A stretch of DNA of 64,000 bases, from the NCBI GenBank assembly GCA_965248575.1, contig CBDFJQ010000002.1, positions 4,896,001-4,960,000 of the forward strand. Reading direction: 5' to 3'. Positions 1-9,608 of this stretch are shown piece by piece (the stretch's first letter is position 1; the number at the start of each line of letters is the position of its first letter). Source of the stretch: Planctomycetota bacterium. Its GTDB lineage: Bacteria; Planctomycetota; B15-G4. The position numbers were made by a program, and so were the translations under genes. The notes under the pieces are model-generated. The model was not told the origin of the DNA. It saw nothing but the letters and a program-made list of their open reading frames with translations, and did not search any database.

Positions 1-113
1 ACGGTGACAGAGGGACGCTAACGCTGAGCGCTGGCCCTGGTTCTGGACAGGTTTCTGGGACCCGGGTGACGCTGCGTCTACCGGTGCAACGCGACGCGAG
101 CCACGTCTCATGA
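1..113 (+). CDS. 3' end of a LytS-type sensor histidine kinase (partial, runs off window start)
   Basis: Frame from nt 3 reads GDRGTLTLSAGPGSGQVSGTRVTLRLPVQRDASHVS*. GTRVTLRLP is a typical HATPase C-terminus. Its TGA (111-113) overlaps the ATG of the LytTR regulator (ATGA). Confidence 0.7.
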   Translation, partial: GDRGTLTLSAGPGSGQVSGTRVTLRLPVQRDASHVS

Positions 114-874
114 GTGAGCCCGTCTTCCGAGTCCTGGTCGTGGATGATGAGCCTGTGTCCCGGCGCGGGGTGGTTCGCCTGGTTGACGCGCACCCGCAGT
201 TCGTCGTCGCCGGCGAATGCGGCAATGGTCTCGAGGCCTTGGAGGCGTTGCGCCAACAGAGCTTCGATCTCGTCCTGTTGGATGTGGAGATGCCCGAGCT
301 GAACGGGCTCGAGGTCGTGCAGAAGCTCGGTGTGTCGGCCCTGCCGATCGTGATCTTCGTGACGGCCTACGATCGCTACGCGCTGCAGGCCTTCGATGCC
401 CATGCCTTGGACTACATCCTCAAGCCCGTCGACCCGGTCCGCTTTGCGGAGGCCCTCGACCGGGCGCGGGTTGCCTGTGTGACGAAGGGCGAGCAGAAAC
501 GTCTGGCGGCACTCATGGAGGAGATGGGTGATCGCCTCCAGCGCCCCGCCAGGTTGGCGGCTCGTTCGGGCAACCGGCTGCAGCTGATTCCCGTGAACGA
601 GATCGACTGGATCGAGGCCGCGGACAACTACGTGCGTCTCCACGTGAAGGGCCGGGTCGTGTTGCAGCGTGAGACCTTGAGCCATCTCGCGGATCGGTTG
701 GGGGCGGAGCGCTTCCTACGGGTGCACCGCTCCCACCTTGTAGCGCTGGATCGCATCCGGGAGTTCCGCTCGACCTCCCGCGGAGACGGAGTCCTGGCTT
801 TGAGTGATGGGACAGAAGTCGCGGTCAGTCGGCGCTACCGAGACGCCCTGGATCGAGCGCTGCTTCAGGGTTGA
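110..874 (+). CDS. LytR/AlgR family response regulator (receiver + LytTR DNA-binding domain)
   Basis: VLVVDDE, LLDVEMP, FVTAYD and DYILKP receiver motifs; WIEAADNYV and FLRVHRS LytTR motifs. Confidence 0.95.
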   Translation: MSEPVFRVLVVDDEPVSRRGVVRLVDAHPQFVVAGECGNGLEALEALRQQSFDLVLLDVEMPELNGLEVVQKLGVSALPIVIFVTAYDRYALQAFDAHALDYILKPVDPVRFAEALDRARVACVTKGEQKRLAALMEEMGDRLQRPARLAARSGNRLQLIPVNEIDWIEAADNYVRLHVKGRVVLQRETLSHLADRLGAERFLRVHRSHLVALDRIREFRSTSRGDGVLALSDGTEVAVSRRYRDALDRALLQG

Positions 875-889
875 AGCTCGCCGGGCTAG

Positions 890-1834
890 CTAGCGCAACA
901 CCTGCACGCTGTCATCGAGGATCTCCAGCACCTCTGTCGGCCCGCCGTAGTGGGCCGACATGCCCACGTCCACTCGCCAAACACGCTCGTTGCAGGCGGC
1001 GTTGATGCCGCCTTCCTGGACCGTGTGGGCGACGACCATGCGCCGCAGGGAGAGGTGGTTCAGGACCTCCTCGAGCAGGGCGCACTCCGTCGCAGTCGTA
1101 TTGTTGGAGAAGTGCCGGCTCCAGACAGGGCTGTCGCTGCCGCGCATGATCATGGGGCGCTCGCCGTCGCCGCGCATCCAGGCCTTGGTCTCGCTGTTCA
1201 CGCGGTCGATCCCGTAGGCCAGGAGCTCCGGGAGCACGCCGCCGTGCACGAAGAGGGTGTCGCCGACGATGGCGATGACGTCCTGCTCGGCGAGCCGCAA
1301 GGCATAGGGCCCGCCGGGGTGGAACGCGAGGTAGCGACCGTGTTGCTCGGGCGGCACTTCGCTCAGGTCCAGCCCCTCGGGTACGGGCAGCTCAGCGAAC
1401 TCATCGAAAGCAGCCCAACCGTGGTCGAAGACGTAGCGCAGATCTCCCGCGACATTCATGGTCTCGTGGTTGCCGGACAACAAGATCAGGGCGCCACCTT
1501 TCGCCCGCGCCTTTTCTTCGATGTCCGCCAGGTAGTCGAGCACTGCGCGTTCGTCGGGGCCCCGGTCGAGCTGGTCACCAACCTGCACCACGGTGAGCAA
1601 GCCGCCGATCCAGGCATCGCTCTCATCGATGGCGCCTGCGAGCCTCAGCGCTCGGCGCGTGGCGGGGAGGTCGCCATGCACATCGCCGATGGCGACCAGG
1701 CGCCCCGGGGCCTCGCGGATGGAGGTTTCGTAGGCACCGATCGCGGGGTCCGACAACAAGCGGGGACCGGCCTGGGTGCAGCCCAGAGCGGCCAGCAGGA
1801 TGCCGAACGTAAGAGGGGTGAAGGGCAAGCGCAT
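890..1834 (-). CDS. Metallophosphoesterase (Shewanella-like PPP phosphatase), probable lipoprotein
   Basis: GDVHGD, GDQLDRG, GNHE, FVHGG and VAHT motifs. Start set at ATG 1834 (AAGGA upstream), giving a signal peptide with lipobox LAALGC. Confidence 0.88.
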   Translation of the reverse strand: MRLPFTPLTFGILLAALGCTQAGPRLLSDPAIGAYETSIREAPGRLVAIGDVHGDLPATRRALRLAGAIDESDAWIGGLLTVVQVGDQLDRGPDERAVLDYLADIEEKARAKGGALILLSGNHETMNVAGDLRYVFDHGWAAFDEFAELPVPEGLDLSEVPPEQHGRYLAFHPGGPYALRLAEQDVIAIVGDTLFVHGGVLPELLAYGIDRVNSETKAWMRGDGERPMIMRGSDSPVWSRHFSNNTTATECALLEEVLNHLSLRRMVVAHTVQEGGINAACNERVWRVDVGMSAHYGGPTEVLEILDDSVQVLR

Positions 1835-1925
1835 GCGGTTTTCCTTCGCCGTTGGAGGGCCCGAGCCAGCGGGACGGGCGGCTGTCCAGCCAGGCGCAGG
1901 GTGATGGAAGAGACTCCCAAAACGC

Positions 1926-1965
1926 AACGATCCCCTCTCTCCACCAGAGGAGAGAGGGGATCGTT
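1926..1965 (-). terminator. Intrinsic terminator-like hairpin after the 2007-3101 gene
   Basis: Perfect 17-bp stem AACGATCCCCTCTCTCC / GGAGAGAGGGGATCGTT with 6-nt loop; followed on the minus strand by GCGTTTT. Confidence 0.7.
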
Positions 1966-2006
1966 TCCCGTCTGAGGGCCGGGCCCTCAGCTCGCGGAGG
2001 GGAGCG

Positions 2007-3101
2007 TCATTTGAGGTCGACGACGAACTGTCCGTCCACGTTGAGGTCAGGCTGGCCGGCCGATGACAGGAGGCCGGTGAAGTTGCCCGCCACCTGGCCA
2101 CCGCTCACGCCGGTGATCGTGACGCTGATGTCGTTCTGGGTCTTGGGAAGCCAGCTCACAATGGTGGGGATCAGGCCGTTCAGCGTGGTCTCGATGTAGG
2201 TGAAGGTGAGCAGCGTCGCGGGGAAGCCGATGTACTTCTGGGGAGCCATGTCGTCGGCGATGGCGAACGGGATGGCGATGTTGAAGCTGCGCTGAGGGTT
2301 GTTGGCCTTGAGGTTGGCCGCGACCACCACGGCCAAGCCGCCGTCCGCACCCGCCAGGAACTTGCCGGTGGACTTGTAGCCTTTGCCGTTGATGGTCGCC
2401 GTGAAGATGTGCTTGCCGAGCTTCTTGGTGCTGCCGAACACGGTCAGCCCACCGGTGGCGGTGTCCGAGCCGACCTTGTTGGTAATCATCACGTCCCAGG
2501 AACCGTTGCCGAGGCTCTTGGGCACCTTGGCGGTGAACGACTTGGAGTCACTCTCTTCGTTGATCTTGACGGGCTTGAGCTTGGTCTTCTTGCCACCGAT
2601 CGTAGCCTTGACCGGCTTGCTGCCAGCATGGTCGATGCTCACCGTGATCGTCTCACCCGGCATGGCGGAGCTGGGGTTCACGTCCTGGATTTCGGGGGCG
2701 ATGACGCTCATGAGGTCCTTGCTCGTCGTGGCGCCGAAGGCTCCCTTGCCCTTGGGCTGCACGTTGAGGGTCCACATGGTGCCAGCGGCGGGGGCCTTCT
2801 TGCTGGACGGGATCTTCTTCACTTCGGCGGTGATGCTCGTGGCATCGTTGCTCATCACCTTGAGGATGACCTTGGCCTTGGTGTCGCCGGAGGTACCGAA
2901 GATCTTCGGCTTGGCGATCTTGCTGCCGTCGTCATTGGCGAACGTGCCCGTGATGGTGACCACGGTTCCCAGGGTGATGTCCGTGGGGCTGTAGCCATCG
3001 ATCTCCGCATCGTCTTGGGCGAGCGCTGGTCCCCCCAGGATGAGGGTGGTGGCCAAGGCGGCAAGCGTGCGCGCCGGGAAGCGCCGGAAGGTGGTCAACA
3101 T
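2007..3101 (-). CDS. Secreted Lys/Thr-rich beta protein with IPT/TIG (Ig-like) repeats
   Basis: Signal peptide (MLTTFRR...GGPALAQ) behind a GGAG RBS; IDGYSPT..TLGTVVTITG and IQDVNPSSAMPGETITV resemble IPT/TIG domain starts. Confidence 0.6.
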   Translation of the reverse strand: MLTTFRRFPARTLAALATTLILGGPALAQDDAEIDGYSPTDITLGTVVTITGTFANDDGSKIAKPKIFGTSGDTKAKVILKVMSNDATSITAEVKKIPSSKKAPAAGTMWTLNVQPKGKGAFGATTSKDLMSVIAPEIQDVNPSSAMPGETITVSIDHAGSKPVKATIGGKKTKLKPVKINEESDSKSFTAKVPKSLGNGSWDVMITNKVGSDTATGGLTVFGSTKKLGKHIFTATINGKGYKSTGKFLAGADGGLAVVVAANLKANNPQRSFNIAIPFAIADDMAPQKYIGFPATLLTFTYIETTLNGLIPTIVSWLPKTQNDISVTITGVSGGQVAGNFTGLLSSAGQPDLNVDGQFVVDLK

Positions 3102-3390
3102 GGGATGGGGTACTCCAACTCTCGAAGGGTGGGCCCGGTGGAGCCCTAGATCACCGGAAACAAACGTCAAATGAAGGTCCCGCACCGTCTTGCCGGTTTC
3201 AAGCACAGCGAGGCACAAACTGAAGGCTACCCCGGATCAGCTGGCTCGTCTGCGGACGGGCATCCTGCGAGCGAGAAGGCCGAAGCCTGCCTTGGTGAGG
3301 CCATCGGGGCGACGGCTAGTGGCGGGTCCCGCTGCCAGGTTTTCTCGCTCTAGCAGTGCGCTTCCTCCCGCTCGTCCCGCTGGGGCCCGG

Positions 3391-4953
3391 TTACGGGTTG
3401 GCGCCGGCCAAGGCTGCTAACCACGCATCGTAGGGGCTCGTGTCGTGGGCCCAGGGGGCAGTAAGACTTGGTGCGCCGGCCGAAGCGGTGGCGCTCAGCT
3501 GCATTCCCTGGACACGTTCCTCCCTGAGATGGATGGGGCTGCCGGTGGTTCCATTGGGGCCCACACTCAGTTGCCAGCCTGCGTGGTGCGTCCCGTCCTC
3601 CAGCGGCTGCAGCAACTCCGACTTGGGGCGAACGCTGGAATCAGGATGGAACTGCACCATGGTCTGGACGTTGCCTGCACGGCTGCTCTGATCGGAGAAT
3701 CCGAGCCTCAGGCTGCGACCCATGGTGTCCGTGCCGGCCCCTTCGTCTGCAGGCAGCTCCAGGTCCACGCTGTAGAGCCCCTCGGCATCTCTGTGCCAGC
3801 GGGCTTCGAGGCTCGTGCCTTGCATGGCGACCCAGCCCGAAACGGAACCATCCTTCGGATTGGTGGCGACGGTCTCCGGCAGGACGGAAGCGGCATAGGC
3901 CATTTGTCGCAGGACCTCGTTCAGGGCTTGGAGGTCAGGGTCGTCCGTCAGGAAGGAGTCAGTGGCCAGCTCGAGAATTCGCAACAGCTGCGCACCGGTC
4001 GCTTGTGTCGTTACGGCTGTCTCGCGCGGAGTCTCCCGCGCCAAGAGCGGAGTCTTGGCCTCGTGTTCGGTGAGAGGTGCGGGTGACGGCCTCTCCGCTT
4101 GGTCGGGAAGCGAGAACGGCACGGGGTCGGCCGTGCTGACTGTTGGCTTGGGCAGGGGCTTTGCGCTCGGCGGGTTCGACTCGTGTTGCACGGTCTGCCA
4201 GGCGGTCGCGGCCAAGGCTGTGACGAGCCCGAGGCTGACCAAGAGCTTGACTGAGAGGTTGGCCACGGTGAGTGCTCCGAGGGATGGGCTGAGGGAGGAG
4301 GTGGCGGCCTGGGCCGTGAGGCTTGAGCTGGGCGTGGCGGCGAGGGCTTCGCGCAGGCCTTCCGCGTGTGCACTGGCCGCGAAGGGTGCCAAGGCGGTGA
4401 GCCAGTGTTGGCGACGAGCGTTGTCGTCCGCTCCCGTGCCGCTGAAACCCGCCTGAGTCTCCAGCACCAGCCGCAGGCGATCGCGAGCCCGAGAGAGCCG
4501 CTTGCGGACGGCGGCTTCGTTGGCGCCCAGCTGCTCCGCGAGCTGGGACATGGAGCGGCCCGCGAAGTAGCGCCCCCGCAACAGCGCCTGCTCGGCAGGG
4601 CTCAGGGTGCCCAGGGCGTCGACCACGTGATGCAGCGCCTCCCTGTGTTCAGCGTGGTCGGCGGCGGAGGGGAGCGCTTCCGGGCGGGCGGCCCCGCGTT
4701 CGCGCCGCGCCCGGCGTCCTTCGGAGCGGGAGACATGCGCGGCCGTACGGCGCGTGAGGGTCGAGAGCCAACGGCGGATCCCCCCGAGCCCCGTCAGGTG
4801 TTGTGGCGGCCGCTCGAGGGCGCGCAGGCACACCCGTTGGAGGACGTCCTCGGCCACGTTTGGGTCGGCAACGAGCCGATGTGCCAAGCTGCGAATCCAA
4901 CCCAGCTCGGCGAGCAGTTGGTCCGGAGCGAGGGTGTCGGGGAGATGCTTCAT
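3391..4953 (-). CDS. ECF sigma-70 factor with long C-terminal extension (one TM helix + extracytoplasmic domain)
   Basis: Region 2 (WIRSLAHRLVADPNVAEDVLQ) and region 4 (LAEQLGANEAAVRKRLSRARDRLR); hydrophobic LLVSLGLVTALAATAW followed by about 270 aa. Start ATG 4953. Confidence 0.85.
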   Translation of the reverse strand: MKHLPDTLAPDQLLAELGWIRSLAHRLVADPNVAEDVLQRVCLRALERPPQHLTGLGGIRRWLSTLTRRTAAHVSRSEGRRARRERGAARPEALPSAADHAEHREALHHVVDALGTLSPAEQALLRGRYFAGRSMSQLAEQLGANEAAVRKRLSRARDRLRLVLETQAGFSGTGADDNARRQHWLTALAPFAASAHAEGLREALAATPSSSLTAQAATSSLSPSLGALTVANLSVKLLVSLGLVTALAATAWQTVQHESNPPSAKPLPKPTVSTADPVPFSLPDQAERPSPAPLTEHEAKTPLLARETPRETAVTTQATGAQLLRILELATDSFLTDDPDLQALNEVLRQMAYAASVLPETVATNPKDGSVSGWVAMQGTSLEARWHRDAEGLYSVDLELPADEGAGTDTMGRSLRLGFSDQSSRAGNVQTMVQFHPDSSVRPKSELLQPLEDGTHHAGWQLSVGPNGTTGSPIHLREERVQGMQLSATASAGAPSLTAPWAHDTSPYDAWLAALAGANP

Positions 4954-5002
4954 GGTTTCACAAGCAGGATCCCGCGAGACCCGGTGTCGTGACCGGAAAA
5001 AC

Positions 5003-6388
5003 TCAGGGAAGGGGGCCGCCGAGTTCCCGTTCCAGTTCGACCCGGGCACGAGCCACCTCCAGCAGGGCAGCTTGGGTGCTGGTCTGGGTCTGCACGAGGA
5101 CGGCCCGCAGCTCCAGCAACTGCGGCAGGGTCATGCTGCCGGCGTCGTAGGCCTGGCGTGCGAGTTGCACGGCTTGGGCCGTGCTCGGTTCGAGCTCTTG
5201 ACGGACGAACTGCGCCGACTCGAGCGCCAGGGTGTAGCGGTCTGCGGCGCTGCGCACCGCCTGTTGCAGATCGGCATCGAGGGCTTCGTAGAGCCGCCGG
5301 AGTTGTTCCAGCTCGAACCGGGCCCGGCTGCGTCCCGCCTGCTTGTCGTCGAAGACCGGCAGCTCGATCTCCAGGGCGGGGCCGAGCAGGTGGTCTGTGG
5401 GGTCGCCCGTCTCAGGTTGCTCGTAGGACAGCCCACCCCGGATCTCCGGGTAGGCCCGGCTGTCCTCCAGGGCGATACGCGCCTCGGCCGCGGCGACGGC
5501 TGCGGCCAGCGCCGAGAGGTCGAGCCGCGTCCGGCGCGCGTGCGACACGAGTTCGTCCCGTTGCCAGGGCGGTGCGCTCGGATCGAGCAGTGCTGTCGCG
5601 AGCTCCGTCGTGAGCGGGACCTCACTCAGGTCGAGCGTCAAGGAGAGCAGGCTGGCGAGGCGTCGCGCGCTGCTGGACCGTGCCTGCTGGGCCTGTTGCG
5701 CGCTCAGTTGGGAGCGCAGCGCCTGGTCCTGGGCCAGCGAACCCTCGAGCTCGGTGGCAAGGCCCAGCGCGACGAGCTGACGGCTCGCCTGAGCCGCTTC
5801 TCGTGCCAGCTCGGCCGATGAGCGCATGAGTTCGAGGGAGTTGGTCGCCGCGACGCTCTCGTAGTACGCAAGCTGGACGTCGGCGACGAGCGTGCCGGCT
5901 AGCCGGCCCAGCTCGAGCACCCGTTGGTCCTGCTGCGCTTCCGCCGCCGCCTGCCGATGGGGGATCTGCCACAGCTCCAGCACGTTGGCTGCCAGGTCGG
6001 CGGCCAGGCGCGTGCCCCCGCCGCCGGCGGGGAACAGGAAGGCGAGCCCCAGAGTCGGGTTCTCGAGCAAGCCGGCCTGCACGTAGTCGGCACGGGCGAT
6101 GCCGAGCCCCATGAAGCCCGCCTGCAGTGACCGGTTGTTGAGCAGCGCCAGGCGCAGCGCTTCGTCCAGGTCGAGGCCATCAGCCAGCGCCGCCCGCAGC
6201 TGGTCCCCGGACAGCGGCGGCTGTTGCGGGTCGTACACCTCCGCCTGCCCGGTGCTGTCGAGGATGAGCTGCCGAGCCTCTTCGAAGTCGGGGCGCAGTG
6301 ATTCGCTGGCGCAGCCTGACAGTGTGGCCACACCCAGGCAGACGATGGCAGCTCGCAGTTGCGGGGCCCATCGGTTGGCGGCACTCAT
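5003..6388 (-). CDS. TolC/CzcC-family outer membrane efflux lipoprotein
   Basis: Lipobox ATLSGC; EALRLALLNNRSLQA, LEIELPVFD and helical OEP repeats; ATGA overlap with the RND permease. Confidence 0.9.
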   Translation of the reverse strand: MSAANRWAPQLRAAIVCLGVATLSGCASESLRPDFEEARQLILDSTGQAEVYDPQQPPLSGDQLRAALADGLDLDEALRLALLNNRSLQAGFMGLGIARADYVQAGLLENPTLGLAFLFPAGGGGTRLAADLAANVLELWQIPHRQAAAEAQQDQRVLELGRLAGTLVADVQLAYYESVAATNSLELMRSSAELAREAAQASRQLVALGLATELEGSLAQDQALRSQLSAQQAQQARSSSARRLASLLSLTLDLSEVPLTTELATALLDPSAPPWQRDELVSHARRTRLDLSALAAAVAAAEARIALEDSRAYPEIRGGLSYEQPETGDPTDHLLGPALEIELPVFDDKQAGRSRARFELEQLRRLYEALDADLQQAVRSAADRYTLALESAQFVRQELEPSTAQAVQLARQAYDAGSMTLPQLLELRAVLVQTQTSTQAALLEVARARVELERELGGPLP

Positions 6389-9300
6389 GCCACTGCTCCT
6401 GCCGGGGCCGTCGGGCCTACGTCTAGCGGTGGTTCTGCGTCGGTGTTCCCGGCGGGGCCCGGGCCCGACCCAGGGCGCTTGGGCGAAGTGTCCTGTTTGC
6501 CGAATGCCAAGAACAAGGAAGGGACGAGCGCCATGTTGAGCACCGTGGCCGAGGCGAGGCCGAACACGATCACCAGGGCCATGGGGCTCAGGATTTCGTT
6601 ACCGGGTTGGTCGCCGCGCAGCGCGAGCGGTACCAGTGCGAAGCCGGCGGAGAGGGCCGTCATGAGGATCGGGGAGAGGCGTTCCAGCGCTCCCCGGCGA
6701 ACGGCTTCGCGGAACTCGGTCACGCCCTCGTGCCGCTGCAGGTGTCGAATGTGGCTCACCATCATGATGCCGTTGCGGGCGGCGACTCCGAAGACGGTGA
6801 TGAAGCCGATGATGCTGGCCACCGAGAGGGTCGCCCCCGTGAGCACCATGCCACCCACGCCACCCATGAGGGCCAGGGGCAGGTTGATCATGATCAGCGC
6901 CGTGTCGCGCAGGGAGCGGAACACGGAATACAACAGGCCCGCGATGGCGAGGATGATGCCCGACACCAGCCAGCCGAGCATGTTGGCGGTGGCTTCCGCG
7001 CTTTCGAACTGCCCCCCGTACTCGATCCAGTAACCCGTGGGGAGCGGCACGTGTTCATGCAGACCGCTGCGGATGTCGCCCACCACGCTGCCTACGTCCC
7101 GCTCCGCCACGTTGCACATGACGACGATCTTGCGTTGCACGTTCTCGCGACTGACGAAATTGGGCGAGAGGTCCTCGCGCAGGTTGGCCACGGCTCGCAG
7201 TGGAATCCGTGCGCCTGTCGGGGTGAGGACGACTGTCTCCCCGATGGACTCGGGGCTGACATCGTGCTGTTCGCCGATACGCAGCAGCACGTCAAAGGCG
7301 TTGATGCCCTCCAGCACCTGGGTCACCACCTGACCCTTGCTGGCGAGCTCCAGGGCTCGTGCGGCATCGGACACCCGCAGCCCGTGCCGAGCGATGGCTG
7401 CGCGGTCGAACTCCACCCGCAGGCTGGGCACGAGGGTCTGCTGCTCGGACGAGAGGTCGACGACCCCGGGGATGCGCGCCATGCGCTGCTCGACTTGGAC
7501 AGCGAGCCTGCGCAGCACGCCCAGGTCATCGCCGAAGATCTTGACGGCGACGCTGGCGCGGGTGCCCGAGAGCATGTGGTCGATGCGGTGGCTGATGGGT
7601 TGCCCGAAGGTGGTCTGGATGCCGGGGATGCCCGCCAGGTCCGCGCGCAGGGCTTCCAGGAGTGCAGCCTTGCTGCGGGGGGCCAGCCCCAGGCGTTCCG
7701 AGGCCTCCATGTCGAGGGTGATCTCGAACTCGCTGGCCTCGACACCCTGCACGTGTTCGTCTTCCTCAGCTCGGCCCGTGCGCCGGCACAGGGCCAGCAC
7801 CTCCGGGTGCTTCATGAGGGTCTCTTCGATCAGGCCTCCCAGCCGACTGCTCTCCTCGAGTGAAGTGCCCGGCAGGGTGACGGCGCCCACCACGAAGGCG
7901 CCTTCGTTGAACTCCGGTAGGAAGCTGCGCCCGAGAGAGAAGGCGCTTGAGATGCTCAGGGCGAACAGGGTCGCGGCGGGCAGGCCCAGCAGCCAGGGGT
8001 GCGCCAGCGCCCGGTCAAGGACGGGCGCATAGGCCCTCTTGAGCCAGCGCACCACGGCTGGCTCGCTGCTGTTCTTCACGGTGCGGCTGCCGGGGAGCAG
8101 GGCCTGGCACATCACCGGGGTCAGGGTGAGCGCCGTGACCATCGAGGCCGCAAGGGAGACGGTGAAGGCGATGCCCAACGGCTGCAGCAGGCGCCCCTCC
8201 ACGCCCGAGAGCACGAACAGGGGCAGGAACACCAGCAGGATGATGAGCGTGGCGAGCACGATCGAGGGACGCACCTCGACGCTTGCCTCGTAGACGATGG
8301 TGGAGAGTGGCGCCTTGCCCGCTCGCTCGCGTAGCCGACGTACCACGTTCTCCACATCGATGATCGCGTCGTCGACAAGCGAGCCAATGGCGATGGCCAT
8401 GCCTCCCAACGTCATGGTGTTGATACCGCTGCCCAGGGCGCGCAGGGTCAAGATGGCCACGAGCAGCGAGAGTGGCAGTACGCACAAGGTGATCAAGCTG
8501 GCGCGCATGCTGCCCAGGAAGACGATCACGACGAGTACCACCATGACGGCCCCCTCGAACAACGCGTTCGAGGTGTTGGCTATGGAGGTCTCGATAAAGG
8601 TCGACTGCCGGAACAGGTTCCGGTTGATCACCATGCCTTCGGGAAGACCGCGCTGGATCTCGTCCAGCGCGACGTCGAGGCGCTGGGTCAGTTCGAGGGT
8701 GTTTGCGCTGGGCTGCTTCTGGATGGCGATGACCACGCCTTCCTCGATGATGGCCTCCCAGTCGGGGCCGCGCCGGGCGCTGGAGGCCGTGCCGCGCTTG
8801 AAGGCGGGGCCCACCTGGACGACCCCCAGGTCACCCACCGTGACGGGGACGTCGTCCCGCAGTGTGACCACGGTGTGCTCGATGTCCTGGGCGTTGGCGA
8901 TGCGGCCGATGCCCTCGATCAGGGACTCCTGGGTGCCGCTGGAGAGGACGCCGCCCGCGAGGTTCTCGTTGGTCTCCTCAAGGGCCTGGCGCACCTCGTC
9001 GGCCGTGATGCCCCACGCCAGCAACCGACGAGCTGAGAGCACGACCTGATACTGCTTGGTGTCGCCGCCGATGGGTGTCACCTGCGACACGCCGGTCACC
9101 GAGAGCAGCCGTCGGCGGACCACTGTCGTAGCGGTCGTGCGCAGCTCGAGCGGGCTGTGCGCCGCCGAGCCGATGGAGATGAACATCACCTCGCCCATGA
9201 TGGACGAGATGGGCGCCATCACCGGAGGCTCGACCTGCGCTGGGAGTTGGCCGGAGACCGACGCCAGGCGCTCGGCGACCGTCTGGCGCGCGCGGTAGAT

Positions 9301-9606
9301 GTCAGTGCCCCAGGCGAACTCCACCCACACGACGGTGATGCCCACGGCGGAGCCCGAGCGGACACGGCGCACGTTGGCCGCGCCGTTCATGGCCGTCTCG
9401 ATCGGGACGGTGACCTGGGTCTCCATCTCGAGCGGAGACATGCCGTGGCCCTCGACGAGCACGGCCACGGTGGGGGCCGTGAGGTCCGGGAAGACATCCA
9501 CCGGCATGCGCGAGGTGACGTAGATGCCAGCCAAGGTGAGCGAGAGGGCGAGGCCCAGGACCGTGATGCGGTTGGCGAGGGCCCAGCGGATGAGCAGGTT
9601 GATCAT
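6385..9606 (-). CDS. CusA/CzcA family heavy-metal RND efflux permease
   Basis: 1073 aa; MPVDVFPDL, INTMTLGGMAIAIGSLVDDAIIDVEN, GVEGRLLQPL and ERLSPILMTAL motifs. Confidence 0.95.
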   Translation of the reverse strand: MINLLIRWALANRITVLGLALSLTLAGIYVTSRMPVDVFPDLTAPTVAVLVEGHGMSPLEMETQVTVPIETAMNGAANVRRVRSGSAVGITVVWVEFAWGTDIYRARQTVAERLASVSGQLPAQVEPPVMAPISSIMGEVMFISIGSAAHSPLELRTTATTVVRRRLLSVTGVSQVTPIGGDTKQYQVVLSARRLLAWGITADEVRQALEETNENLAGGVLSSGTQESLIEGIGRIANAQDIEHTVVTLRDDVPVTVGDLGVVQVGPAFKRGTASSARRGPDWEAIIEEGVVIAIQKQPSANTLELTQRLDVALDEIQRGLPEGMVINRNLFRQSTFIETSIANTSNALFEGAVMVVLVVIVFLGSMRASLITLCVLPLSLLVAILTLRALGSGINTMTLGGMAIAIGSLVDDAIIDVENVVRRLRERAGKAPLSTIVYEASVEVRPSIVLATLIILLVFLPLFVLSGVEGRLLQPLGIAFTVSLAASMVTALTLTPVMCQALLPGSRTVKNSSEPAVVRWLKRAYAPVLDRALAHPWLLGLPAATLFALSISSAFSLGRSFLPEFNEGAFVVGAVTLPGTSLEESSRLGGLIEETLMKHPEVLALCRRTGRAEEDEHVQGVEASEFEITLDMEASERLGLAPRSKAALLEALRADLAGIPGIQTTFGQPISHRIDHMLSGTRASVAVKIFGDDLGVLRRLAVQVEQRMARIPGVVDLSSEQQTLVPSLRVEFDRAAIARHGLRVSDAARALELASKGQVVTQVLEGINAFDVLLRIGEQHDVSPESIGETVVLTPTGARIPLRAVANLREDLSPNFVSRENVQRKIVVMCNVAERDVGSVVGDIRSGLHEHVPLPTGYWIEYGGQFESAEATANMLGWLVSGIILAIAGLLYSVFRSLRDTALIMINLPLALMGGVGGMVLTGATLSVASIIGFITVFGVAARNGIMMVSHIRHLQRHEGVTEFREAVRRGALERLSPILMTALSAGFALVPLALRGDQPGNEILSPMALVIVFGLASATVLNMALVPSLFLAFGKQDTSPKRPGSGPGPAGNTDAEPPLDVGPTAPAGAVA

Positions 9607-9608
9607 GG

